Positions 19,304 through 27,831 of a stretch of 64,000 nt of DNA are shown here, in pieces. How positions within the stretch are numbered: the stretch's first letter is position 1; each line of letters opens with the position of its first letter. A model generated the notes under the pieces. It searched no databases. It had not been told where the DNA came from and saw nothing but the letters and a program-made list of their open reading frames with translations. This DNA comes from Armatimonadota bacterium (GTDB taxonomy: Bacteria; Armatimonadota; SYMT01): contig JAWLHY010000003.1 of assembly GCA_041690135.1 (NCBI GenBank), forward strand, positions 864,001-928,000, written 5' to 3'. Made by a program: the position numbers and the translations under genes.

Positions 19304-20128
19304 ATGCCGCGCTGGAACCTGTTCGTCCTGGTGGTTGCCGCATCCCTCGCAAGTGGAACACCCCTGTTTGCGCAGACGCCGGACTCGCTCGACGAGCTTC
19401 GCAAACAGATCCAGGTCCTGCGAATCCAGAAGGACTTCACCCGTCAGGAGTTGGTGAAACTGCTGGCGACCACTCCGCAGAGCCCCTATTACTGCCCGAC
19501 CGGCGAACTCTGGCCCGCCTTCGAGGCCGGAGCGCAGCACCCGGAGCGGACTGTCCGGGTCCTGCTGGACCTCTACCGGGCTCAGAAGGACCGCTGGAAA
19601 CGGTACCATCTGTTGACGGCGCTAAGCCGCGAGCGGCATCCGGCCCTCCGTGAGTTCTGGCTCAAGCTCCTGGCCGACCCCAACTTGCCCGCGGATTACC
19701 GGTGGCCGGTGGTGAGCGGCGTAGGGAGGTGCGGCACTGATCGGGACGTGACGGATCTCGCGCGCCGCCTCGGAACACACAGCCAGTGGGATAACGCCAT
19801 CCTGTTCGTGCTAAGTGAGCGTCCGCAGCCGGGCGCCCGACCCGCCCTCCTGGCGCGCTTTCGGGATCGGAAGGCCACCGACGGTGTTCGCACGGGCGCC
19901 CTGCGGGTGCTGGTGCGGTTAGGGGGAGCGGAGGTGGCCGGATACCTCCGTGAGGCTGCCCGCGATGAGAGCGAGGCGGTGCGGAAGGCGGGTGTCACTC
20001 TCAAGAAACAACTCCGAAGCTTACAACAGCGTGTTGGCGATTTCCACTGTGCCGAACTTCGATCCAACCATCGCCATCGCCTCTTGGCCGGGTGTGCCGG
20101 TTCGGTTGTCCTGAAGACCAAAGCTTGA
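19304..20128 (+). CDS. Secreted HEAT-repeat protein
   Basis: Signal peptide; DGVRTGALRVL and DESEAVRKAG HEAT-like units; GGAGG Shine-Dalgarno. Confidence 0.7.
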   Translation: MPRWNLFVLVVAASLASGTPLFAQTPDSLDELRKQIQVLRIQKDFTRQELVKLLATTPQSPYYCPTGELWPAFEAGAQHPERTVRVLLDLYRAQKDRWKRYHLLTALSRERHPALREFWLKLLADPNLPADYRWPVVSGVGRCGTDRDVTDLARRLGTHSQWDNAILFVLSERPQPGARPALLARFRDRKATDGVRTGALRVLVRLGGAEVAGYLREAARDESEAVRKAGVTLKKQLRSLQQRVGDFHCAELRSNHRHRLLAGCAGSVVLKTKA

Positions 20129-20171
20129 TACACGAGGTAGGTCATCGTTTCTGCGGGTTGAGGTCGCGGCT

Positions 20172-20966
20172 ATGAATCGATTTGCAGGGGTTCGGGCCTC
20201 CCAGGGTCCTGGCAGGTTCCGACGGTGGTGGGGAGCCGGTCTTGCCGCCGCAACTGCCGCGGTGTGGATCGGGGTGGCCGGAATGCATCAGAGGCAGCGC
20301 AATGACCGCCTCGTCTGGGCCGTTCACCGCGACAACGCCGCAGAAGTATCGGACCTCCTCCGAAGCGGGGCGAGAGCGAATGCGAAATATCGGTTCGCCT
20401 TCGACCTGTCCCGCGGCAATCGATACAAGCCTACTGGTGAGAGTCGTGTGGTGCACTGGCGACCGCTGCTTGTCTTGGCCGCATGGCGAGGTCGGCCCGC
20501 TATCGTAGAAGCTCTTCTGGCACACGGAGCGGACCCCAATGCCGCAGATGAAGCAGGACGGTCCGCCCTGATGTATGCACTGATCTACGAGCACGCGGAG
20601 GTAGTCAAGCTACTACTTGACAGCGGTGCCGCGGTGAACGCGGCCGACATCGCAGGGAATACAGCAGTGACCTATGCCGCTATGGAAGACAATACCGACG
20701 CGCTTCGCCAGCTAGGTGCCCGTGGAGCGGAATTGGACGCCCGGGTGGAAAGTGGGCAAACGCCATTGATGCTGGCCGCCAGAGAGGGCAAGAGTGCAGC
20801 GGTACGAACCCTGATCGACTTGGGGGCCAACGTCGCGCTGAGTGATGGGTACGGTCGTACGGCCGGGGAACTGGCCCACCAAAAGGGACACTCGGACATT
20901 GCCGCAGTACTCAAACGCGCCGAAGCAAGGCGCCGCGTCCCGGTTTCTACCGATCCAGCGAGTTAA
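20172..20966 (+). CDS. Ankyrin repeat protein with N-terminal TM/signal segment
   Basis: GADPNAADEAGRSALMYA, GNTAVTYAA, GQTPLMLAA repeats. Confidence 0.92.
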   Translation: MNRFAGVRASQGPGRFRRWWGAGLAAATAAVWIGVAGMHQRQRNDRLVWAVHRDNAAEVSDLLRSGARANAKYRFAFDLSRGNRYKPTGESRVVHWRPLLVLAAWRGRPAIVEALLAHGADPNAADEAGRSALMYALIYEHAEVVKLLLDSGAAVNAADIAGNTAVTYAAMEDNTDALRQLGARGAELDARVESGQTPLMLAAREGKSAAVRTLIDLGANVALSDGYGRTAGELAHQKGHSDIAAVLKRAEARRRVPVSTDPAS

Positions 20967-21088
20967 GCATGCCTCGTATCGCTCGCTATCGGGATCCAAG
21001 CCGAACCGTGGCAGTTCTGGCGCTGAATGGGACGCCTGAGTGTTAACGGATAGCTCCGAAGAATACCGGATGGGTATGGAGGTGAACG

Positions 21089-21424
21089 GTGGGTTCTGAT
21101 GGAGAGTGCCAGATTCTCGCATTCGTGGAAGTCGTGTGCCGGCGCCCCGCGATGTACACGCTCACTGGCACCTTTGGGGAAGCGGTCAGCTTCCTGGAAG
21201 GCTGGTACGGCGCCACTGCCCGGTATGGCAGCCATGCAGGTGCGGAACTTGCGGATCGGGAGTGGACCGGGTTTGGTTGCTGGCTCTCGGGAAAAATCGG
21301 GTCCACGGAGGACACCCGTGGAGCCATGCAAGCTCTGCGCCTCATGTGTCCCAACGATGACGCAGCATTCAGCAGAGCCCAGAGTCTGTACGAGGAATAC
21401 TTCAAGAGCCTCGAGAGGGACTGA
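21089..21424 (+). CDS. Hypothetical protein
   Basis: RRPAMYT...EAVSFLEGW; GGAGGT upstream. Confidence 0.65.
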   Translation: MGSDGECQILAFVEVVCRRPAMYTLTGTFGEAVSFLEGWYGATARYGSHAGAELADREWTGFGCWLSGKIGSTEDTRGAMQALRLMCPNDDAAFSRAQSLYEEYFKSLERD

Positions 21425-21497
21425 CGGGCTCAATGGAGACTGGTTGGGTACGATTGACCGGTGATTCTGTTGGCAAGCTAAGGGCCTGGATTTACGG

Positions 21498-22358
21498 ATG
21501 CCTACCTTCCTCCTATCGACCTTGAGACTGCCGGCGGCGGAGGCCCTCGCCGGTGCTGCCCGCCGGCGAGGTTGGCGGGCCATCGCTCTCGACCGGGTGC
21601 CGGATCCCCAGGTAGAGGACTACGCCGTCTTCTACGGTGGGACGGACGTGGCCGACGCCGTGGCTGCCCGGTTCGACCTGGCGCTGGTGGAGCCGCCCTT
21701 TGACCTGCTCGTCCGGACACCCTATGCGCTCCGTCTCCGGGCCGTGGAGTACGCCCGCTACGATGAACTGGAGCCGTTCAACACGCCCACCTTTGTGAAA
21801 CCGGCGGACCCGCGCCGGAAAGCCTTCGACGCCGGCATCTACCGGGACGTTCGTGAGGCTCGCCTGGAGAGCGCGCTCGATCCGCGGATGCCGGTTCTGG
21901 TTGCGGAGCCGGTGGAGTGGTTGGAAGAGCACCGGTGCTTCATCCTGGACGGGGGAGTGGTCGCCTTCTCGCCCTACCTGCGGTTCGGGCGGCCCGTGTG
22001 GCGACCCTTCGACCGAGAAAGTGGACCGGTCCCGCTCCCCCCGCAGGTTCACGAGTTTTGCCGGAGACTGCTGTCGAGCCCGGAGCTTTCCCTGCCTCCC
22101 GCATTCGTGGTGGACATCGGCTACGTGGACGGGCGCGGTTGGGCGGTGGTGGAGTACAACCCCGCCTGGTGTTCCAGCCTCCTTGGGGCCGACCCGGCGG
22201 GAGCGCTTTCCGCTATCGCGCGGGCGAGTTGCAGTCGTGAGCGGCGCAGTGCCGGAGACCGGGGGTGGGTCGCCGCGCACCCTCCGGATCCGGGACGGGC
22301 AAAATGGCGGAGACAGGATCCTGTCTGGACCGGCGCCCATGCCGGCGCCATGACGTGA
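21498..22358 (+). CDS. ATP-grasp domain protein (DUF4343/R2K-like)
   Basis: FVKPAD, EHRCFILDG, FVVDIG...WAVVEYNPAW. Confidence 0.85.
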   Translation: MPTFLLSTLRLPAAEALAGAARRRGWRAIALDRVPDPQVEDYAVFYGGTDVADAVAARFDLALVEPPFDLLVRTPYALRLRAVEYARYDELEPFNTPTFVKPADPRRKAFDAGIYRDVREARLESALDPRMPVLVAEPVEWLEEHRCFILDGGVVAFSPYLRFGRPVWRPFDRESGPVPLPPQVHEFCRRLLSSPELSLPPAFVVDIGYVDGRGWAVVEYNPAWCSSLLGADPAGALSAIARASCSRERRSAGDRGWVAAHPPDPGRAKWRRQDPVWTGAHAGAMT

Positions 22359-22625
22359 GGCGGGAGATTCCATCGGCAATCGCCGTCTTCGAGTACGACT
22401 CTCTGGAAGACCGCGAGGCCGATATCGCGCGCATCCTTCGCCTGCGGGAAGAAGAGGGTGGGACCGGCGAGGGGATCCTGCTGAACTGGATCTTCATGCC
22501 GCCGGGGAGCGTGCGCTGTTGAAGATGGGAGGGGTTATCACAGCTAGCACCGTTTGCCAGGGTTCAGGCAACATAATCTGGGAAGCATTCAACGCCGCAC
22601 TGGCGCTCCACAAGACCGAGGCACC

Positions 22626-22847
22626 ATGTCCGAACAAGCGACACAGATCCTGGAGCGTGCGCTCCGACTACCCCCTACCGACCGAGCAGAGGTCGTCGAG
22701 AAACTGCTTTGCAGCCTGGACCGTCCCGATGCGCACCTCGACGAGACCTGGGCGGAGGAGGTAGAGGCTAGAATTTCTGCCTATGAAGCGGGTCAGATCC
22801 AGGCGTTTGAAGCGGATGATGTTTTCGCGGAGCTAGACCACCAGTGA
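22626..22847 (+). CDS. Addiction module antitoxin (TIGR02574-like)
   Basis: ALRLPPTDRAEVVEKLLCSLD...WAEEVEARISAY; overlaps the start of the toxin gene. Confidence 0.88.
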   Translation: MSEQATQILERALRLPPTDRAEVVEKLLCSLDRPDAHLDETWAEEVEARISAYEAGQIQAFEADDVFAELDHQ

Positions 22848-23138
22848 GAATTCGCTTCCTCGCCCCGGCTCGCGAGGAGTTGCGGCAGGGCATTCTCTAC
22901 TACAACGGCCAGCGTGCCGGCCTCGGCCGGGAGTTTCGGGACGCAGTTCGTGCCGGTGTCCAGCGCATCCGCGAACACCCGCTTGCCTGGCATCCCCTGA
23001 GCGAGCACTCGGCGGCATTTGCTGCATCGCTTTCCTTACGGCATCATCTACCAGATCCGCGAGGATGAAATCCTGATTGTTGCGGTTGCGCATCTTCACC
23101 GTGAGCCAGAGTATTGGCAAGAACGGACCCAAGAGTAG
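22844..23138 (+). pseudogene. RelE/ParE family toxin, frameshifted near 23008
   Basis: MRIRFLAPAREEL...GLGREF continues in another frame as TRRHLLHRFPYGIIYQIREDEILIVAVAHLHREPEYW to TAG at 23138. Confidence 0.85.
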
Positions 23139-23843
23139 CTAGGAGCCGGCAGTTGGAACCGTTCCGGTGCCGTAGATGAAGAACCGCTCGGTGGTGCGGA
23201 CTTCCATTTGCAGACCATAGGTGGCCAGGCGGGACTGTAGCTCCTCGGGGTCGTAGTAAATCTTTACGATCCGGAATTCGCGGCCGTCGTTGAGGCGGCG
23301 GGTCGCCAGTAGCTCCTCCTCTTCGGGAAGAGGCTGGTCGAGCGGAGTACCCAGGGGCTCCCGGCGCGAATCAGCGAAGAAGAGCTTCCCACCCGGGCGC
23401 ACGGCACGCCGCAGCTTCGCCAGGAAGGGATCGAGCTGTTCCGGAGGCACGTGGGAGAGCCAGAAGCAGAAGACGGCTCCATCGTAAACCTCCTCCGGCT
23501 CCCAGTCGAAGAGATCGGCCTGGAGATACCGTACCCGCGGACTGTTGACGCGGTGCCGGTTGAGGGCCAGCATCTCCTCACTACCGTCGACCGCCGTCAC
23601 CCGGTCGGCCATCCGGCTCAGGGGCAGGGTCCAGTTTCCGGTCCCGCAGGCGATCTCCAGGACATGACCCGAGGGGCGCAGCCGTTCCAGGGCGTCATAC
23701 AGCTCCTGCCGCTCGTGGAACCACCGGGCATCCGACTCCGCGCCGCGTGCATAGCGTCCCCGCCGCTCCCACCACTCGTTGTATTCGGCGGCCCGGGCGT
23801 TGTAGTAGGCCTGCTGTTCCTGGAGATGCGTCTCGTCGATCAT
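23139..23843 (-). CDS. Class I SAM-dependent methyltransferase
   Basis: VLEIACGTGNW, AVDGSEEML, FWLSHVP. Confidence 0.92.
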   Translation of the reverse strand: MIDETHLQEQQAYYNARAAEYNEWWERRGRYARGAESDARWFHERQELYDALERLRPSGHVLEIACGTGNWTLPLSRMADRVTAVDGSEEMLALNRHRVNSPRVRYLQADLFDWEPEEVYDGAVFCFWLSHVPPEQLDPFLAKLRRAVRPGGKLFFADSRREPLGTPLDQPLPEEEELLATRRLNDGREFRIVKIYYDPEELQSRLATYGLQMEVRTTERFFIYGTGTVPTAGS

Positions 23844-23996
23844 AGAGAAATCCGATAGGACTTTAGCGCGATGGGTCCTTTCAACGATACCTCATCCGAG
23901 ACGTTGTGCCCCGACTCCGTATACCGCTTGCGTAGGGGTCACGAACGGGCGCAGAACACGGAAAACGGATCGGGCGCGAGAGAGCGCGGTGCAAGG

Positions 23997-24491
23997 ATGC
24001 CCTGGAAAGTCATCGAGCGGCGCATTGGCAAGGCGGGTCCCCTCCACCGCCGCCAGGCCCGGCAGCGGGAGTGGGACCGCCAGTACGGCGAGGGCAACTG
24101 GGAGATTGGCTATGTCCTGGACGGGGAGTTCGTGACGCAGGAGACGGCCCTGGAGTCGGTCTACTACGCCAGTTACGAGCGGCACTTCCAGGACCACCCC
24201 GCGGACCTGGAGGAGTTGATCGGGTTAGCCCGGGTACTTCACAACCCCCACGCCGAAGCCACGACGGGAGTGGATCTCCAGGTCCCGGCGATCACGGACT
24301 ACCTAGACCGCCACGGCCTCACGCTCCTGGGCCGCGAGGTGGTGGACATCGGCTCCTGGCATGGCCAGGCATCGCACCCCGTCAGCATCCGCCTGAGCCC
24401 GCTGCAGATCCGGTGCGTGGTGGACCCAAAGTTGACCCTGGAGCAGTTCTGGCAGGAGCGGAAGTGCCTGGCCGTCTGGCAGGATGAATGA
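23997..24491 (+). CDS. Hypothetical protein
   Basis: Coding-like GC3 bias; LHNPHAEATTGVDLQVPAI. Confidence 0.8.
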   Translation: MPWKVIERRIGKAGPLHRRQARQREWDRQYGEGNWEIGYVLDGEFVTQETALESVYYASYERHFQDHPADLEELIGLARVLHNPHAEATTGVDLQVPAITDYLDRHGLTLLGREVVDIGSWHGQASHPVSIRLSPLQIRCVVDPKLTLEQFWQERKCLAVWQDE

Positions 24492-24500
24492 GAAGGAATC

Positions 24501-24530
24501 AAAAAGCGCTCCGGACCGAGTCCGGAGCGC
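24501..24530 (-). terminator. Intrinsic terminator after tRNA copy 3
   Basis: GCGCTCCGGAC-TCG-GTCCGGAGCGC perfect 11-bp stem plus TTTTT. Confidence 0.85.
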
Positions 24531-24532
24531 GA

Positions 24533-24633
24533 TGCGGAAGGGGGGACTTGAACCCCCATGGATTTCTCCACACGCCCCTCAAACGCTTGCCCCCCCTCGG
24601 GGGGTAAACGTCTGCCAATTCCGCCACTTCCGC
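24533..24633 (-). pseudogene. tRNA-Leu(GAG) copy disrupted by a palindromic insertion
   Basis: Identical to 25441-25522 except TGCG is replaced by CTTGCCCCCCCTCGGGGGGTAAA (24586-24608), net +19 nt. Confidence 0.85.
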
Positions 24634-24923
24634 TATTCTGGAAACTCGGTGCACCGGGTCCCGTGCTCCCGCATGTAGGCTTCCTTCTCGGCGCGGGTGT
24701 GGTGTTTGAACCAGCTCTCCAGCCGGCGCGCGGCCGGGGCATCGGGCTGGACCTCATACCAGAGGAGCGTCACCGGCAGGTGCATCCGGGTGATCGTCGG
24801 GCCACGCCCCGCCTGGTGCTCCCGAACCCGTTCTTCCAGCCGCTGCGTGATGCCGGTGTAGTAACGCCCGTCCGCCAGCAACAGCACGTAGACGTACCAC
24901 ACGGGGGAGGGGGCTTCGCTCAT
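24633..24923 (-). CDS. Stand-alone GIY-YIG nuclease (96 aa), copy 2
   Basis: WYVYVLLLADGRYYTGITQRLEERVREHQAGRG...ARRLESWFK: both GIY-YIG tyrosine motifs plus conserved Arg, His and Glu. Confidence 0.92.
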   Translation of the reverse strand: MSEAPSPVWYVYVLLLADGRYYTGITQRLEERVREHQAGRGPTITRMHLPVTLLWYEVQPDAPAARRLESWFKHHTRAEKEAYMREHGTRCTEFPE

Positions 24924-24954
24924 CGGAACTCGAGATGAAGGGGTCGGTGGAATC

Positions 24955-24984
24955 AAAAAGCGCTCCGGACCGAGTCCGGAGCGC
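24955..24984 (-). terminator. Intrinsic terminator after tRNA copy 2
   Basis: Same 11-bp stem plus T-tract. Confidence 0.85.
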
Positions 24985-24986
24985 GA

Positions 24987-25087
24987 TGCGGAAGGGGGGA
25001 CTTGAACCCCCATGGATTTCTCCACACGCCCCTCAAACGCTTGCCCCCCCTCGGGGGGTAAACGTCTGCCAATTCCGCCACTTCCGC
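24987..25087 (-). pseudogene. tRNA-Leu(GAG) copy disrupted by a palindromic insertion
   Basis: Same sequence as 24533-24633. Confidence 0.85.
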
Positions 25088-25377
25088 TATTCTGGAAACT
25101 CGGTGCACCGGGTCCCGTGCTCCCGCATGTAGGCTTCCTTCTCGGCGCGGGTGTGGTGTTTGAACCAGCTCTCCAGCCGGCGCGCGGCCGGGGCATCGGG
25201 CTGGACCTCATACCAGAGGAGCGTCACCGGCAGGTGCATCCGGGTGATCGTCGGGCCACGCCCCGCCTGGTGCTCCCGAACCCGTTCTTCCAGCCGCTGC
25301 GTGATGCCGGTGTAGTAACGCCCGTCCGCCAGCAACAGCACGTAGACGTACCACACGGGGGAGGGGGCTTCGCTCAT
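25087..25377 (-). CDS. Stand-alone GIY-YIG nuclease (96 aa), copy 1
   Basis: Same protein as 24633-24923; its TAG stop shares the G with nucleotide 1 of the tRNA copy. Confidence 0.92.
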   Translation of the reverse strand: MSEAPSPVWYVYVLLLADGRYYTGITQRLEERVREHQAGRGPTITRMHLPVTLLWYEVQPDAPAARRLESWFKHHTRAEKEAYMREHGTRCTEFPE

Positions 25378-25408
25378 CGGAACTCGAGATGAAGGGGTCG
25401 GTGGAATC

Positions 25409-25438
25409 AAAAAGCGCTCCGGACCGAGTCCGGAGCGC
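25409..25438 (-). terminator. Intrinsic terminator of tRNA-Leu
   Basis: 11-bp stem plus TTTTT, 2 nt after the tRNA discriminator base. Confidence 0.85.
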
Positions 25439-25440
25439 GA

Positions 25441-25522
25441 TGCGGAAGGGGGGACTTGAACCCCCATGGATTTCTCCACACGCCCCTCAAACGTGCGCGT
25501 CTGCCAATTCCGCCACTTCCGC
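25441..25522 (-). tRNA. tRNA-Leu(GAG), intact, CCA not encoded
   Basis: GCGGAAG acceptor stem, D-arm GCGGAATTGGCAGACGC, anticodon arm CACGT-TTGAGGG-GCGTG, long variable arm, GGGGGTTCAAGTCCCCC T-arm. Confidence 0.97.
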
Positions 25523-25539
25523 AGGGGGTTGGTGAAGTG

Positions 25540-25568
25540 ATTGTAGCAGGCCGCCCTGCCCTCGTCAA
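25540..25568 (-). promoter_or_regulatory. Sigma70-type promoter of tRNA-Leu
   Basis: TTGACG-17 nt-TACAAT with TG extension on the minus strand. Confidence 0.8.
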
Positions 25569-25619
25569 TAGGGTTTCGCAAGCTCTTCCGCGGCCGTCCA
25601 GCGGCGCGGACTCCCCGCC

Positions 25620-26006
25620 TTATTCCACCTTCGTGGCGATCCACCAGGTGGTGCCGCCCGCGTCCTTCACGCCGCCGCGTTTGTCCGCGTCCGCCTTCTT
25701 CACAGGTTCCTGGACCGAGGTCGCGCCCGCTTCCAGAGCGCGTTGGTAGGTGGTGTCCACTTCGGGGACGTAGATGTGGACGTGTGCCGGTAGCGCGGGC
25801 CAGCCTTCGGCGCTGTCGGCGATCATCACCACCGTGTCGTCGAGGCGGACCTCCGCGTGCATGATCCTTCCGGCATCGTCGGGAAAGCGGCGGATCTCGA
25901 CCGCGTCGAACACGCGGATCAGAAAGTCGATCGTGGCCGCGGCATCCTTCACGATCAGGTACGGGGACACGGTGTTGTAGGTGTCGGGTTTGTAAGGGGG
26001 TTTCAT
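25620..26006 (-). CDS. VOC/glyoxalase (PhnB-like) protein
   Basis: VSPYLIVKDAAATIDFL, IMHAEV, GGVKDAGGTTWWIAT. Confidence 0.92.
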   Translation of the reverse strand: MKPPYKPDTYNTVSPYLIVKDAAATIDFLIRVFDAVEIRRFPDDAGRIMHAEVRLDDTVVMIADSAEGWPALPAHVHIYVPEVDTTYQRALEAGATSVQEPVKKADADKRGGVKDAGGTTWWIATKVE

Positions 26007-26135
26007 TAGCCCATCCAACGCAAGGCAAAGCACGACGTTAGCCGGTCGCTACAGATTTTCGGCAATCCAGGCGGGAATGCCCGCATCCGGATCTTGAAGC
26101 ACCCCTTCCGGGCGGGGATAACTGGCTTCCTCGTC

Positions 26136-27290
26136 TTAGCTTGGATCGTTCTCCGCCGATACCACGCGTTCTCCCACGAAGAGGGTAGCGGGTTCGAGAC
26201 CCGGCTCACGGATCATGAGATCGATGCCGGGATAGAGTGCAAACGGCGTGACGGGCTGTGCCGGGTCCGGCGCCTCGATGAGTTCGCGGTCGACATCTTC
26301 GACCTCCGGTATGCTCGGTGCTAACCCTGCCCGCCGAGCCGTCCGTATTACGGCGATCGCGGGGATATTTAGAAACGGAAGTTGACACCCAACCCATACG
26401 GCGAGATCGGTGCGAGGCCAGGTTTCCAAGAGACCGACGACCCCTTGATCGATCAGGCGGACATCGCCGCGCGCGATCCCGAGGAACGCGTTGCGCACCG
26501 CGGCATCGAATTTCGTCCGAGGAGCATAACCCAACTCACTGGCCGGAATTTCAGATCCGAGAATCCAGGAGCGGAGAGTATTCCATGAACTGCGCGTGGA
26601 AGGAGGGAGCCCATGCCCCGTGAACTCCATCCGAGCCCAGAGCGCCAGGTGTCTTTTGTTGCCGACGAGCAAGCCGGTGAAGACGTGGTCGAAGTACCCG
26701 TAGTGGTCGGAAAGGCGGATCAACTCGGCCTCGAGGCAACTTGAGGCCAGTAGAGAGCTCAGCAGATCCTCCGCGGATGCGCCGAAGAGCCTGCCCAGAA
26801 TGGGCAGTACTTGAAGGGAGGTACTCTGCCCGCGATACACGGCGTTCAGGAAGTAAGCCTTTGGCGTGTACCTCATATAGGGTGAGGACGGGTGCAGATC
26901 TCTCGACCAGTGAGAACCCTCCGGGAAGACACCCAGACAGGGTCCGGATAGCTTCAATAGACGCTCTGCCTCGTTCGCCAGCGTGACGGTAGACGATTGG
27001 ACGGCCTGTCGCAGCTTGATCCGCCGGGATGGGGAATACCTGGGCCAACTCGCCGCGCGAATGTTCCGAAGTGGCGGCAACGGCACTCCGAATTCTAACT
27101 CGCTGCAAAGTTTGCTGAGTCGATGGAGACCGTCGTCCGTCTCCGGAAGCGAGAGGATGCCGACACCCCTCTGCTTACTCTCATCCGCATACTGAAGCAA
27201 CCGAGCGATCCGCAGTGCAAGCCGCTGGCGGAATTGCGGAACAAGCGAGCCGTCCAGAATGCGGTGCTCAACCGGGTTCGGAGTTGTCAT
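26136..27290 (-). CDS. Hypothetical protein, C-terminus possibly Imm49-like
   Basis: Long ORF coupled to the upstream ankyrin gene (ATGA overlap), lower GC; GIARGD...FLNIPAIAVIRTARRAGL. Confidence 0.6.
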   Translation of the reverse strand: MTTPNPVEHRILDGSLVPQFRQRLALRIARLLQYADESKQRGVGILSLPETDDGLHRLSKLCSELEFGVPLPPLRNIRAASWPRYSPSRRIKLRQAVQSSTVTLANEAERLLKLSGPCLGVFPEGSHWSRDLHPSSPYMRYTPKAYFLNAVYRGQSTSLQVLPILGRLFGASAEDLLSSLLASSCLEAELIRLSDHYGYFDHVFTGLLVGNKRHLALWARMEFTGHGLPPSTRSSWNTLRSWILGSEIPASELGYAPRTKFDAAVRNAFLGIARGDVRLIDQGVVGLLETWPRTDLAVWVGCQLPFLNIPAIAVIRTARRAGLAPSIPEVEDVDRELIEAPDPAQPVTPFALYPGIDLMIREPGLEPATLFVGERVVSAENDPS

Positions 27291-27793
27291 CGGATGCCCC
27301 CGTGTTTATCCAGGATGTCCACCACCGCAGCTCGCTGCTCTGGGTCCTCCGGCAAGGCGTCGAGCACGGTTTCTCCCAGGTCCGTCACGTAGTCGGCGCG
27401 GGAGCCTGCGGTCAGCAAGAGGTCTACCAGACGTGCATTCCCGGATCGGATCGCACAGTGGAGAACGTTATCCTGGGTGACCGAGGTGGCATTCGGATCG
27501 GCGCCGAGAGCGAGCAGAGCTTCGGCCATGCGGTCGTCTCCCAGTGTTGCTACGTCGATCAAAGGAGAGCCGCCGAACTTATTGGGAGCATTCCCATCGA
27601 AGCCGTTGAGCCCGAGAAAGCGCACGGCCTCGGTGTAGCCTTCCACGGCGAGGAAGTGCACCAGGGTTTCCTGGTGCATCCACCGTGCTTCCCGCAATTC
27701 CGGATGCTCGCGCAGGAGTGCCAGGGCGGCCGGCTGGTCTTCAACCGCCGCGTCGAGGAATGCGCCTACGACCTCACGCCACGGCTGTTCCAT
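27287..27793 (-). CDS. Ankyrin repeat protein
   Basis: ETLVHFLAVEG, GGSPLIDVA, NVLHCAIRSGN. Confidence 0.88.
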   Translation of the reverse strand: MEQPWREVVGAFLDAAVEDQPAALALLREHPELREARWMHQETLVHFLAVEGYTEAVRFLGLNGFDGNAPNKFGGSPLIDVATLGDDRMAEALLALGADPNATSVTQDNVLHCAIRSGNARLVDLLLTAGSRADYVTDLGETVLDALPEDPEQRAAVVDILDKHGGIR

Positions 27794-27831
27794 AAGAGAG
27801 TAACTCTACGGGTGATCGTCATAGCATTCCT

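Larger units (their letters stand above)
24495..25493 (-). mobile_element. Tandem array of a 454-bp GIY-YIG / pseudo-tRNA unit downstream of tRNA-Leu(GAG): 2 full units plus the resident tRNA/terminator
   Basis: GGAATCAAAAAGCGCTCC recurs at 24495, 24949 and 25403 (period 454); the units appear identical. Confidence 0.85.

Noticed and set aside
22355-22522. Small ORF overlapping the ATP-grasp gene stop
   Set aside because: 55 aa with no recognisable motif; it may be a fragment but cannot be supported.
24586-24609. tRNA intron in the duplicated tRNA-Leu copies
   Set aside because: Far too short for a group I or II intron, and removing 19 nt does not restore the wild-type sequence (3 mismatches remain around the anticodon stem).
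24633-26028. Long GIY-YIG fusion ORFs of 192 aa and 313 aa in the ORF track
   Set aside because: The N-terminal extensions read through tRNA and terminator sequence only because the frame is open; the 96-aa ATG-started protein is a complete domain.
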